From assembly GCF_006345805.1 (NCBI RefSeq), contig NC_043002.1, positions 79,918,001 through 79,982,000 on the forward strand: a DNA stretch of 64,000 nucleotides. The letters are read 5' to 3'. This document shows, one piece after another, positions 40,725 to 54,104 of the stretch. Positions within the stretch are counted from its first letter, which is position 1; every line of letters starts with the position of its first letter. The position numbers were made by a program, and so were the translations under genes. Origin of the DNA: Octopus sinensis. Lineage: Eukaryota. Below the pieces are notes generated by a model that saw only the letters and a program-made list of their open reading frames with translations, made no database searches and was not told where the DNA came from.

Positions 40725-40979
40725 AATATATATATAAATATATATATTATATATAAATATATATATATATATATTATATATATATGTTATTTTTATGTAG
40801 TATTAATATATGTAATGAAAATTGATATAATGGCTTTAAAGTATTTTATTTATCATCACCATCACTATATCATTATGAAAAGCTATCTTATTCATACTTG
40901 CATGACTAATGAATATTAATTTTACATCATTATTTTTATTATTAAGAAATCCTTATTATCAATTTTATTTTGATTTTAA

Positions 40980-40995
40980 AATAATAATATTAATG

Positions 40996-41061
<66 letters not shown>

Positions 41062-41140
41062 TAATAATAATAACAAATAATAATAATAATAATCATGATA
41101 TTAATGTAATATTGTAATAATAATGTTAATAATAATAATA
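40980..41140. repeat. (AAT)n microsatellite
   Basis: Direct reading. Confidence 0.95.
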
Positions 41141-41525
41141 ACTCACCGTTATTTTCAATGGCCATTCAAGATACGTGGATCAAAATTACAGTTAAAACTA
41201 TTCATAGCCAAGCAAGTGAAGAGAAATGAAAATAAATATAAAAAGAAAACAGAAGCAACTTTGCATTAATGAGATGCCTTAAGGAAGGAAAAACAACAAA
41301 AACAACAATAACAGCAACAATATGAACAACAGTAACAAAAGGCAAAACGTTATGCTAGTAAAGTAAAATGACAAATTATACAAAAAGAAAGAACTCCAGC
41401 AAATCTATTCTGCCAAAGTTTGGCTTAAAGCTAAATTCGCATCTAATGTGACACATAAACTGTACAGATTATCATTTATGTACGTCATTAGGAATTGAGT
41501 GTGTGTGTGTGCGTGTGAATACATT

Positions 41526-41584
<59 letters not shown>

Positions 41585-41679
41585 ACATACATATATCCTA
41601 GTATACTTGTATATGTGTGTGTACTTTTGCGGTGTGTGTTGTATGTGTGGGTATAGGTATATATCCATAAACTCATATA

Positions 41680-41719
<40 letters not shown>

Positions 41720-41758
41720 CATGCACACACACACACACACACACACACACAATATATA

Positions 41759-41802
<44 letters not shown>

Positions 41803-43343
41803 GTATATATATGTACACACACACAAATTTATATACGAAGACATACATATATATGTATATACGTACATGTATATATTCATGTATGCATATATACAAACTT
41901 AATATATATATATATATATATTATATATATTATATATATATATGCGTGTGTGTGTGTGTGTGTATGTGTGTGTGTGCATTTATAACTACATTTGTATTGT
42001 AGAGGAGGGGAAAGAGAGGATATACGTATGTGCGTTTATGCGTTTTATCTTTTCTGTTTTTGTTAACTAGTACACAAGCGTTTGATTCTATAGGCAAATA
42101 TATTTGTGTAGAGACTTGTGCTATAAGATGTGGTGAAATATTTGTTGAGTACCACGTCAACTTCCTCAGAGCGTTGAATATGAAGTGTACTTTATTTGAG
42201 AAAGTTACAGTTTCAGAACATACAGTCGTTATGCTTCTAAAACTTTCTCACTTATAATAACTGTATGTTCTGAAATGTAAACATATTCCAGGGCTCACGA
42301 TCCTAACACAGTTCAAAAGTATTGGTTTCCTTTTCTGCCTCTGTCTAAAGATACTCTCTACATAGTCGCTGGATGCCTTAGAAATAGAAATTAAATCTGT
42401 CTCAAATCACAACTTTCATTCTTACAAAAGTGAACGGTGCATTAAGCATTGTAGTTCTGAAGAAACAAATAATACACGTTTGTCATAGACGGAAGGCTCT
42501 TGAGGAAACATCCACTTGATCCAAGTTGAACTCATGCTAAACGACATTTGCACACAAGATCAGCAAGAACTGGGTAAATGTTACAGCAATCAAGTTAATT
42601 CAATCATATTTGGAACATCAAAACTTCAACTAGAAACACAAAATGCAGTGAGGAAAAAGTAAGAATCGTTGGCTAAAAGTATTTTACTTTATTGCAGCAA
42701 TAGTCTTGCATCTCATCTGATGCTTTTACCTCATTTTTCTTCTTTTCCATTTTCATGGTGATTCTATGCTTGGGATGTCTTCTGGAATGTCTTAAAAGGG
42801 TGTTCTGAAGTGTTTTTGGTATGTCGTAGCGAAAGACAGCAATACAAATAAAACAAGGAGCACATGATGGTTGTAGAACTATTGAAAATAGAATTCAAAC
42901 GTGAGCGTCATCAGGATAAACTAAATAATCTCTGAGATAGAAACTATTGCTACCAAAAACTCAAAGGTACACCCAAAGACACATTCGTATCTGAATATGA
43001 ATCAATCAGCAGGAAAACAAACAGAAAATGATTGGAAGTAAAATATACCACCTCCTAATTCTTAATGAAATCCATAACTTAAAGACACACTTGAAAAACA
43101 AAGGAAGTGTCAATGTAGAACTGTCTAGGTGGTAGCACAACATTTCAAAACTAGCAGCAAATTTTCACTCAACTCATGCCCTGCTGTCTTAAATTCATAT
43201 TTACTTGGGGAATGCGGAGTAATATAGTTTAAGATAAGCCCTAACGAAAAGCTAGGAATAGCCACAGTCAGAATATCGTTATTCATAGACATGCTAGACG
43301 AGATCTGGCCAATTTCGGATCAATAATTAGTAAATCATATTTT

Positions 43344-43674
43344 AACATGAGCACTCAGAGAGCGCAAAGCCCTGCCAAGGTAACGCCGACGTCCTCTCAA
43401 CGATTAACCGGAGGTGATTTTTAAAATGAGAATATCTGAAATAAACACGACTGATCTCACAAACGAAAATACTAAAAATGAACTCGACCGCTCTCAAAAA
43501 TTATGAAAACCGGAAAAATAATCCAGAATGCTTGTCCGGTACCGGATCAATCCTAAAATCTAATCAGTTCGTGCCAGTTTCATCAGAATCCATCCAGCTG
43601 TTCTTGAGATATCTTTTCATGGACAAACAAACAAACAAACACGACTGAAACAATACCTCCGCCTTAGGTAGGTA
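43344..43674 (+). mobile_element. Helentron-associated (HINE/DINE-like) non-autonomous element
   Basis: Internal palindrome TCCGGTACCGGA, (CAAA)n microsatellite, and a terminal stem TACCT..AGGTA. Architecture typical of HINEs. Confidence 0.55.
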
Positions 43675-44310
43675 GTTATTGCATAGAATAGAAACAGATA
43701 CAAATGTTTGAGTATAACACAGGTTGACTGCTGCGAAGTTCCTTATCTGATGATTCTATAGACATGATTCACAAGGAAGTTTGCACGAGTATTAAGAAAA
43801 TGCACCACATAGGTCATAACAAAATAGCAAATAATACTGAAAATATGGGTAAAAGTGAGAATTTAAAATCAAATGTCAACCCTACTGATGAAGAATGTAT
43901 CAAGGGAATTAACTCCCTCTTTGCACTTATCTTTAGTGTATCATATTTAACTGCAGATGATAAGCAAGTGGAAATATTGTTACGTAAAGTATATAAATTA
44001 AATAAAGGCATTGGTATGTAATACGTATAGGGAAAATGTGACAAAGCATCTCTGAAGAAACGAAAATTTAATTTAAAAATTGAGATTAATAACAAGGTAG
44101 ATAAAGAAAGGTATACGACCTTAGAATTAAGTGTTAATAAAATACACCCAGTTCAATACACGCACATAAATGACATAATAGATATTAAAAAATAAGAAAG
44201 AATAAAAGATTAAGACAGACAACTCTAGACGAATTCGATTTATTCTTAAAGCCAAAACCAAAATAAAATTTCAAGCATCAATTCACAAAATGTTCCAGTA
44301 ATAATTAAAT

Positions 44311-44772
44311 TGAAGAGGCCAAGGAACAGAAGAAAGAGGAAGAAAGACGACATGCACCCAACACCAGAGCTGAAGTCACCTCCGAAAGGAGGGTCCCCAC
44401 CGCGTCAAAACGGTAGAGGAGTAGGGGCCGAAACCGGACGTGGTTCCTCCTGATGATGTCTTGAGCTAACTGGATCCTATAAAAGAGCTGTTGTGGTAGC
44501 AGACTACGAAACACGGTTGTAATTCCTCTTATTTACCTCTTGGCTCATTTCTGTGAGAGACTGCCCATCCTGCTCGTCACCCCGTCGCCAGACCAAACCA
44601 GAGTCGGAGCAATTTAAAATATTCTTCTCGAGTCGCTATCGGATGGCTTGAACTTGCTTTTCCATATTCTAGCTGCAAGCAACTCAGCCTCATACTGCAT
44701 TAGAGCTGTGCCGTTCGTCTAGATGTGCTGGGTGACTGCTCATCTTATGTTGAATTTTGGGTGATCTTATCA
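44311..44772 (+). mobile_element. probable solo LTR
   Basis: TG...CA termini, 4-bp TSD AAAT (44307-44310 and 44773-44776), TATAAAAG near 44478, GC-rich island in an AT-rich context. Confidence 0.6.
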
Positions 44773-45009
44773 AAATGTAGTCATTATTTTCTTTCTTTCT
44801 TTTTCTGCCTAATGATGCTAATTCATTTAGCGTTTGAGAATATTATAATTAAACTAAATGCATTGATGCATCGGAGCGTATTTCATTTTATTTTGTGATT
44901 GGCTTTGTCCAAATATTAAACTTATGTGTCTATCCGTCTGTCTGTTTTTGTATGTGCCCTGGTTGCAAATCAAGAATTAAATATTACCGGCTTCATGTTC
45001 ATCATGATC

Positions 45010-45292
45010 ATATTTGTCTCTTTCAGTTTCTCTCTACCAAATCCATTCACGAGGATTTGGTCGGCACCAGACCATAGTAGAAGACACTCGCCCAAGCTTC
45101 CACAGGAACTCGGAACCATGTGTTTGGGAACCGAGCTTTTTACGACACAGATACTCCTGTGCCTAGGTTCTGTGTTCAAATACCATCGAGGTTAACGTTG
45201 CCTTTCATCAATGTCAATAAAATAGCATACCAATCACTGGAGTTGGTGTTCTCAACTAAGGTCCTTCAAAATCTTACTGCCCCCCATACACA

Positions 45293-45323
<31 letters not shown>

Positions 45324-45720
45324 CAACAGAAAGCGAGGTGGTGCCAGGGTGGTGGACTTTACGTCTTGAGTTCAAATCTCGCAAAGATCAATATATTCTT
45401 TTTGAGTCGATAAAATATACATCAGTCAAATGCCTGTGTCAATTCTAGTAACTAATCCCCATTCTTTTAAACTGGTACACTTGTATCTAAAATAAAACTT
45501 ATTATTACTAAGGCGGTGAGCTGCCAGAATCGTTAGCACGCCAGGCGAAATGCCTAGCGATATTTCGTCTGCCGCTACGTTTTGAGTTCAAACTCCACCG
45601 AGGTCAACTTTGCCTTTCATCCTTTTGGGGGCGATAAAATAAATGCCATTTGTAACACTGGAGAAGATGCAATCTACTTAAACTCTCACCCAAATTTTAG
45701 GCCTTGTGCCTATAATAAAA
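45010..45720. mobile_element. cluster of diverged SINE A (minus) and SINE B (plus) copies
   Basis: A head at 45010-45160; B copies near 45160-45330, 45345-45490 and 45509-45720. Confidence 0.75.
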
Positions 45721-46719
45721 AAATATTATTGTTGTTGTGTTTATTATTATTTCTCTGATTATAGAATAATCAGGTCGATATTGTAATGATGAAGTTTATA
45801 AATTGCTGCATGGCATTGCCCATACCCAGTGATGGTGATAGCTTTAATAATCCTATTATACTTGCGGAGCTTGAGTATTAACTACACGATCTAATCAAAT
45901 ATATATCGAGAAATGGATGTTAATGGCTGTTTGCAATTGCATGCATGTTGTTATAAAATTGGCGAAAGTATTTTAAAGTTTATAGGACAGATCCCTGTTG
46001 GTATAAATTGTAATAGTTGAAAGAATTAAATAAGTGAATAAGTGAGGGAGATGTGTTCGTTAGAAGTTTGTAGTGGTTGAAAGAACGTTGTTGTGGTTGC
46101 ACGCATTAGAGTTAGGTAGTAGAAATTATTTGATAGTAGTAAGAACTCGGTGATATGTGTTAGAACTGAAATGACTGTAAGTCTGGCGGGCTTTTGAAAT
46201 GCGTTCCGCGGCGAATGATCGTGGAATATCATTGAACGTAGCTCTCTTAGCTCAATATTCTTTGTTTACACAGCACGAGATCAAAGAATGTCTTAGATAT
46301 CCAGAGAAAGGCTAAAATAAAAGAAACACACAGATAATATACAACCATACCAATGATAATTGCAAGATCAAAGAAGTACTTGGGAATATTACGCAGTTGA
46401 TCGTTTGCGTTGAAAATGGCGTATAAACAAGTATAGATTTCACATATAAGAAACGAAACTCGACTCCGATTTGATCTTCAGATTGCTTCGCAAACAAGGA
46501 TGTCAATTATGTTGAAGCACTTTACGATGGAGAAGTAAAGAAATCAGGAAACTACTTTTCTAAATGAAGAAAAATACGACTTATATGTCAGGAAATAGAA
46601 GATATTTTTGAGGGAGTATAATTACCGATTACTTTATAAGCATTCAGTTTCCGAGTTCGAGCCTTCTAAATGATTGGTTGTATGACATGAAATTGGTGAA
46701 GTAATATCTTTTCTACTAT

Positions 46720-46912
46720 AATTACAAGGCCTGTAATTTGAGGGGAGGTAAGTAGTCAATGACATCGATCCAAGTGTTTCACTGGTACTTAATTTATCGA
46801 CCCTGAAATGAAGAAAGGTAAAGTCGACTTCGGCGGATTTTGAACTCTGAACGTAGCGGCAGACGAAATACCGCTGCCGTGCAAACGATTCTGCCATCTT
46901 GCCGCCGCCTTG
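46720..46912 (-). mobile_element. SINE family B
   Basis: AAAGTCGACTTCGGCGGATTTTGAACTCTGAACGTAGCGGCAGACGAAATACCGC...GCCGCCTT. Confidence 0.88.
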
Positions 46913-47241
46913 AATTGGTGAAGTAACATCGATACTGAAGACGACCGGTGATTTGGTGAGGTATGATAAACTGAGGGTAAAGATCTCTATAGAACACAAG
47001 GTAATTCCTGTAGAATTTTCCCTCCGGTGCATTTGATTATATTTGTATAAGAAATATAAGATATTTGACTGTTTCTGCTGGACACATGACTTGTTCATAG
47101 ATATGATCCTTGCTTTTGTTGAATTCCTAGAATTATTAGAGGCTCACACAGAATGCCTTTTGTTATTTTTCTCTGGCACTTTACATTCCAAGATCAAATC
47201 CGTTCGACGTCACTCTATAGCATTAGCTTTATAAAAAAAAT

Positions 47242-47464
47242 TAAAAGAGTTGCTAAAAAGTTCCTGGCTTCGTGCAAAAGAACGTATAGGAGAATCAGTT
47301 AATTATGATTTTATTCAACACATTCCTCTCTCAGACTCACACAGTTATTGCAGCGACCCTTCAGTTATTTCTAAGCCCTGTAAAAGCCCTGTAAATGAGT
47401 TTGTGCCTTCAACGAAGCCTTTCGCAACACCTTTAAAACCAGGAACTTTTCATAGCCCCGCGTA
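47242..47464 (-). mobile_element. mariner-derived MITE
   Basis: Degenerate TIRs (..GCTAAAAAGTTCCTGGCTT / AAACCAGGAACTTTTCATAGCCCCGCGTA); the interior resembles a mariner transposase 3' end (LKGRCNNCVSLRG). Confidence 0.65.
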
Positions 47465-48197
47465 TGAATCTAATACCATATTGATTTTTAATTCTAACTG
47501 TTGCTTTTTTGATTTCATGTAGATATTTTGCTTAACTTGTCGCTTACATTGCTAAAATGTGTTACCAAACATATCATTTACAAAGTGTATTTCACGAAAA
47601 TTTATGATAGTTTATGAACGAGTCATATCATATATATATGTATATATGCTTTTTAAATTTCTCCCAGAATTTCTCAACGTCTCTCAGGCAATTATTTCAT
47701 AAAAATATTATTTCATTCCCTCACGAAAGTTTATAAAATTGTCATGACGACAACAAATCATTTTCGATGGTAAGCATAAAATTTCTAACAAGATAAATTT
47801 GAAGGATTGCATCGGTACTATAGTAGATCATCTGTCATGTCGAAGGCGTATATATATATATATGTGTGTATGTGTATGTGTGTGTTTGCGTGTGTATGTA
47901 TGTGTGTGTGTGTGTGTGTGTGTTTGTGGACATATATGTATGTATGTGCAAACACGCATATACATGTATATGTGGTATGTCGGCATTTAAGTGTGTCCGA
48001 CAATTGATATTTAAATCTCCATTATTGAATGTTCGTCAATTTCCTGCGGCGTTAGCGTGGCATTTGAGGGTAATTTTCCTGGCATTTTCTCGGAAGTTGA
48101 TCGATCGTATAAAAACTCAGACTCTTGCATTGGATTGTATTTCAAATATAATTCACATCACATGATTAATCATATTCATATCATTAACATTATAAGC

Positions 48198-48295
48198 CAA
48201 TGGTTCCCAATTTTTTCACAGTGGTTCACAACATTTGTTCCCAACCCTTTTATTTATATGAGTTTTCTCACGGACCCCTTTTAATATCCTTATCC

Positions 48296-48376
<81 letters not shown>

Positions 48377-48459
48377 TTGAATTTAGTTCACGCTCCCCAC
48401 CTCCTGTACTAACTTTTCCGACCACCATGGGTTCGCGGACTCCAGCTTCGGAACCATTG
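48198..48459. mobile_element. hAT-type MITE
   Basis: TIR CAATGGTTCC / GGAACCATTG; 8-bp TSD TTATAAGC versus TTATATGT (6/8); internal (TA)n expansion. Confidence 0.75.
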
Positions 48460-50391
48460 TTATATGTGTTTCTAAAATAGTCACAAGGCCAGAAATTGTG
48501 TGACAAGGAAAGAATTTATTTGATTGAATTGAACTTTATACTTTATTTATTGACTTCACGATAGGCAAAAAGGTAAAAAGTGTCTTCGTAGGAATTTGAT
48601 CTCGGAATGTAAAATGCCAGAGAAAAATAACAAAAGCCATTTGTGTGACCCTCAAATATTTATAGAAATCTAACTCCTTCTTCAATTCAAAATGAATAAA
48701 CTCGTCTCGGGGGAAGAGTAATCGATTCGTATCTCATTGTTTCATTGTTACCAGTGTGTGATGTTACTAAATAGAAGTTTTTGTTTTACTTAACTATCCG
48801 GATTATGTTTCTCATTTACACAAATGCTTTTCAAACAGTGTGCTGCGATACACAGCTGCGCAGCAATGTATTTGTAGTTATAGAGCAAATTTAAAATAAT
48901 ATTTTAGGCTTTAATAAACTCTTATTAATGTTCGAGCGTCATGAAAAATGTGTTAATCGCCATTTTGTTAAACTCAAGTACGTTTGGCAATACAAATATA
49001 AGCAAAATATTTTTCCTAAATTTTTAACATTGACACAGTATTTTATTTTTCATATTTCCATGGTAAGTGCATCTGTAATATTTGTTTGATCCCTATAACT
49101 AGTTTAGACAGAGAGCAATTTCGAGACTGATACGATAATGAAATTAAGAAACTGGATCGATGATCCGAATGCTTGCATCAGAGTGAAATCTAATAAAACA
49201 GCCAAGAGCTTGGTAGGGAGACACATCGACTTACTGCTTGAGGAGTACATACATTAAAATCCAGCAAGCCGCGTTACAACGCACAAAAATGGCCTGCTGG
49301 TAACAACGCATTTCTCCGAACTCTGTATTAATTTTTTCTTAACCATTAAAAAAAAAAAAGAAAAAAAGGAATCCAATCTTACCCAAAATATTACCATAGA
49401 TAATATCATTAAACAACTTATGAAGCTAATATCATTAAAAAAATATATATTTTTTATTTAGTGATTATAATAAGAGATTTCATGTAGATATTTTGCCGAA
49501 GTTGTCGCTTACATTGCTGAAATATCTTATCAAACATATCATTCATAAAGTGTATTTTTAGAAGATTTATGAAAAATTATGAAAAAGTTCAGTAGTAACA
49601 AACAATAAAATGCTGTGAATAAAAAGGTAAAACAAAATGCATTGACACAGCATGAAAGTAGCTTCACCTAGAATGTCAAAACTCACCCACTTATGGAAAA
49701 TAAAGTTATTGTATTTTAAAGGATATACAGTATATACTGGGTGTGTGAATTTGATGTGTCTCTGAAACTAACGTTACTATACGGCTCTTTCTTGTTATTA
49801 CTGGAGTTCACTCTGTTTCAAGTATTCATGAGAATACTGGTGTCATAGTCAATATTATACACAAACACATATGGAAGTATGAATGATTTATATATACGTG
49901 TATGTGCATGAGAATGTGAATTCATAGCATATTTGAAATTAATATGTCTGTATTTTTTGTTGCTGTTTAGTCCCAGTTGCACCAGGCAGGATCACGTTGT
50001 TATCACTGGCTACCTGTGTCTTCATCATTGGATATCTCCATTTAAAGGAGTTTTGGTAGCATTTCTAAGAGATCGAACGTCTACGTAGCGAATTCCTCAT
50101 TCGCTCGAGTATCACATTACGTGACACGACGTGCCTACCATTTAGAAACAAGTTGACTACATGATAGACAAGAGAATCTTATATATATTAGAGAAATAAT
50201 AAATGGATCTTGTCCGGATTTCCTACCTTGAATGTTCAGTTGTTCCTTCAACTACTCAACTAGGCGGGCTATATACAAACATACCGTGAGTATGATTCTC
50301 CCTATGAATGAGAGTAACACAATGTGACAAGTCTGCAATATTGAATTACTGATGTAATCAAGAAGGAATTCTGTGAAGAATGTTTCAATAT

Positions 50392-50447
<56 letters not shown>

Positions 50448-51131
50448 TTAAGTAGTTGAATGAATCATCCTAGTATGGATAATTCGGTTAACCGATACCC
50501 GGGTAGCAAATTTACGTCAGAAAGCATGGTTGAAGCTACATGCCAAGGGCAGAAATCACGTGCTTTCGTGTGGAAATTAGTGTGTTTTTTTACTATAGAT
50601 AAATGAGAGAATGGAGTCGAATGACGATTTAACAAAATTCCTATATTCTCGACATATGTTTCGAAGACTGCATATTCTTAATTCCGAAGGAATAAAGGGT
50701 GCATTATGCCGTCTTCTCATATATATATCCTTTTATTCACTGTATCGTCTAAAGGTTAGTGAATATTTTCTATTTGTCAAAGAATGTGGAAATAACGAAT
50801 CAGCGGAAAGAGATTCGTTGAGGAACACACTTCCTGCTAATTCCTTCAGTTCTTTCATGATTAAATGCAAGAAATAGATTCAAAGCGTGAGGGATAAAAT
50901 GCAACCTTCTCTTAGCTCTACACGTACTTCAAGCCAATTTATTAACTGTCAGTCAATGAATACGACACATTGTTGAATAGCATACCAATAATTCATACTA
51001 CCTTGTAGTCTACTCTTATTGCATGCATTATCTTTCATAGAATATTCCAAAATATCATATTGAAGGCAGCTTTAATGTTACCGAAGTTCAAGTTTAAGAA
51101 AACTTTTGCTTTTGCCATTATTTGTTTAATT

Positions 51132-51596
51132 CTGTTGGACCACATTCGACGCCATATTTGTAATGCTATTGGTCCTGATCTATCTTCTAAATTGGATTCA
51201 CTCTCTCATCGTCGTCGTGTGGCTTCCTTGTCTTTTTTCTATAAGTATTTTCATGGATATTGTTCAGCTGAGCACCCTTCTCTGGTTCCTCCTTTTAAGA
51301 ACTTATTAGCAATCAACTAGACTTGCATTCAATCCTCATCAGTATACTGTGCAACCTCCTAAGTGTCCTAAAGCACTTTACAGTACCAGTTTCTTCCCTT
51401 GCACCTCTGAACTTTGGAATTCCCTTCCACAGTTTTGTTTTCCTCTTCAATATGACCTCCAGTCTTTTAAGTCTAATGTATGTCGCCACCTATTGACGTC
51501 TGTCTAGCATCCATTTTATACTAGTAGCTGTTACGTTTTCAATGGTCTGAAGACCATGTAACGAGTGAATGCTTTAAAAGAAAAAGAAAAAAAACT
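51132..51596 (+). mobile_element. 3' fragment of a CR1/Jockey-group LINE with 3' UTR and A-rich tail
   Basis: LDSLSHRRRVASLSFFYKYFHGYCS..SLVP / TR...HQYTV..P...Y..SFFP.TSELWNSLP..FP..YDLQSFKSNV.R.L*; one frameshift; AAAAGAAAAAGAAAAAAA tail. Confidence 0.85.
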
Positions 51597-52759
51597 ATAA
51601 AAGTGGCATTCACTGTGCTTCACATGTGTCTAAAACCAAACTGAATCACATGTCGCTTCTCACTAAACATTTCGTTATATTTTATCGTTTATGTTTAACT
51701 TGTTTCAGTCATTAGACTGCGGCCATGCTGTGGCACCACACTGAAGAATATTTAATCCAAATAATCGACCCCAGTACTAAATTTTTGTCCTAACCTCGGT
51801 ACTTATTCTACTGATCTTTTTCGCCGAACGGCTAGATTACGGGAACGTAAACACACCAACACCTGTTGTGAAACTGTAGTGGGAAAGTGACCCATAGACA
51901 CACATGCTAAGTTGATTTTTGGCACGATTTCATTCTTGAACTGTTTGTTTCTCTTTAGTGCGAATTATATATCAATGTTTTATTATTGTTAATTCACTAC
52001 TGAAGAGAGAGATGAAAGTGAGGGGGAAAAAGCAACTCTGTAAGTTATAGTTATGTAAATGCAAGCATTACTGTATCTAATAATATGAACTAGTTGTTTA
52101 GTAAGAGACCAGCTTCAACTATGTTACAATTAGTAACAAGAGGATTTACCTAATTACCAGACTGAGAATATGGAAGGCAAGTTAATAATTGCTTACTGGC
52201 ATGAATGAGAATCAGCAATTGTATGTAGGAATCCTTGTAGTAGAATGTTACGAAACACCGAAGAATAACACAGTATCGAAAATACAGTATATAAATAAAT
52301 CTAACTTATTGGTCTTTTGCATATTATCGCAAAAACTAGTATAAAATTAGAGGATGGATATAACTATAAATTTTTAAAAAATGGGGAAGCTTCAATTCTT
52401 AAATATTAATTATTTATATGAATATGTGGACCAATTTCCTCAAGGCACCAACAGTTACGAATAATTACTTTCAAATCTGGCATAATAATAAAAGAAATTT
52501 ATGAAGGTGTAGAACCCTAAATATTATTTAGAATAAGTAATAAATTCAATGTCTGTTTCAGTAAATGTTGAGTCCTAGATAATTCAAATGCATATGATTA
52601 GATTAACAATAAAACTAAAATAAAGTTTTACTGCTTTTCTTGTATTGTAAAAGTTTAAACTACATATCTACTCACTTCCCTTTAATGGAAAATTTTGACT
52701 TAGGAAATAAAATTAACAATAGTTTTTTAATATGTCTCGAATCATAGTACTAATGGTTT

Positions 52760-52925
52760 CAAATTTTGTCACAAGGGCAGCCATTTTGAGGAAGGGGATA
52801 AGTCGATTACATCAACCCCAGTTTTTCACTAGTACTAAATTTGTTGATCTCAAAACGATGAAAGGTAAAGTCAATTTCGGCAGAATCTGAACTCAGATCA
52901 TCAATGCAGACGAAATACCACCAAG
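52760..52925 (-). mobile_element. SINE family B
   Basis: GATAAGTCGATTACATCAACCCCAG...GGCAGAATCTGAACTCAGA. Confidence 0.78.
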
Positions 52926-53394
52926 CGTTTATGTATATATACATACATAAACACAGTGAAATATTTACTGTGTAAATGAAAAACAGAAACACCCAGCATC
53001 GTAATAACTGGAACGTATTACGGAAGTATATTATGTAAGTCACAAAACTAAAGTTTGTTACAGGGTTATTCAAACCGCATCCACCTAGAACTCCATAGAT
53101 ATTTTATTAATGAATACTGGAAAGATTAAATGTAAATGCAGTCTTACGAAAGATGATCAACAAAGAAATGAGAGAAATGTATTAAAATTGGTACAATGAA
53201 CCATTGTCTACAATCTGTTATATCAAATCTTTCATTTTACTTTTCTAAACATCATTTATAATTAGTTTTATTTATATCAAGGTATTTCAGTTCAGCATAT
53301 TGCTATATCTATAAATCTAAAATGAATTATTAGGAAGACAACAAATGTTTAGGTAATGTCGGGAGGGGTTGTTGCTAAAAAAAAATATATATGC

Positions 53395-53560
53395 GCGACG
53401 TGCTGCTTACAGATTCTGTTTACCAAATCCACTCACAAGACTTTGGGTGAACCCGAAGCTATAGTGAAAGACATTTGCCTAAAGTGCCACGCAGTGGGAC
53501 TGAACCCGGAACCATGTGGTTGGGAAGTAAGCTTCTTACCATATAATTACGCTTGCGCGT
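53395..53560 (-). mobile_element. SINE family A head
   Basis: ACCAAATCCACTCACAAG...CCACGCAGTGGGACTGAACCCGGAACCATGTGG. Confidence 0.82.
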
Positions 53561-53855
53561 TGCAAGGAATTCTACTGAACGTTTCCCAGTATTACCTTTA
53601 GATGCTTGGCAAGGTGTATATTCAGTTAACAATGAATTACTCTTTGAAAGGAAGACGTTTGGTAATTAATGTTACACATATAACGAAAGAATTCATGCGA
53701 GCCGGAAGTGAACTCCGACAGTTGGCCGCTTCCCTTGCCATTCACACCTCAAGCAATCTCTCCCTCTACTGATCATTTCAAACTGCACCGTTGAGGGATG
53801 CGCCATTGAGACACGTTTATTATTTTCTCTCTCTACTTGTCACTTTTCGTCTGCT

Positions 53856-53886
53856 GTCTCTTCTGAAGAGAGTTGGCTCGAAAGAC
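53856..53886 (+). ncRNA. hammerhead remnant lacking stem III and cleavage site
   Basis: GTCTCTT-CTGAAGA-GAG TTGG CTC-GAAA-GAC: core and stem II present, but GAAA runs directly into the stem I partner. Confidence 0.45.
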
Positions 53887-53978
53887 TTTTCCTGGGCATC
53901 AACCTAATTCGCTATGCCTGCGTTTTTACACCTTGTCTTCGTGTATATATACATACATAATACACATATTTATATATG

Positions 53979-54010
<32 letters not shown>

Positions 54011-54104
54011 ATAATATATATATATGTGTGTGTGTGTGTGTGTACATATATATATATAGATATATATATATATATATATATATAAATATATAAATGCAAA
54101 TATT

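Noticed and set aside
42030-42257. 75-aa ORF with a signal-peptide-like start and cysteines
   Set aside because: It starts at GTG beside a TG/TA repeat, the hydrophobic stretch is just T-rich DNA, and no family is recognisable.
44445-44530. CTGATGA...CGAAAC hammerhead-like core inside the solo LTR
   Set aside because: No downstream strand complements the upstream GTTCCTC (the TTCCTC that follows is a direct repeat), and no stem III or NUH arrangement fits.
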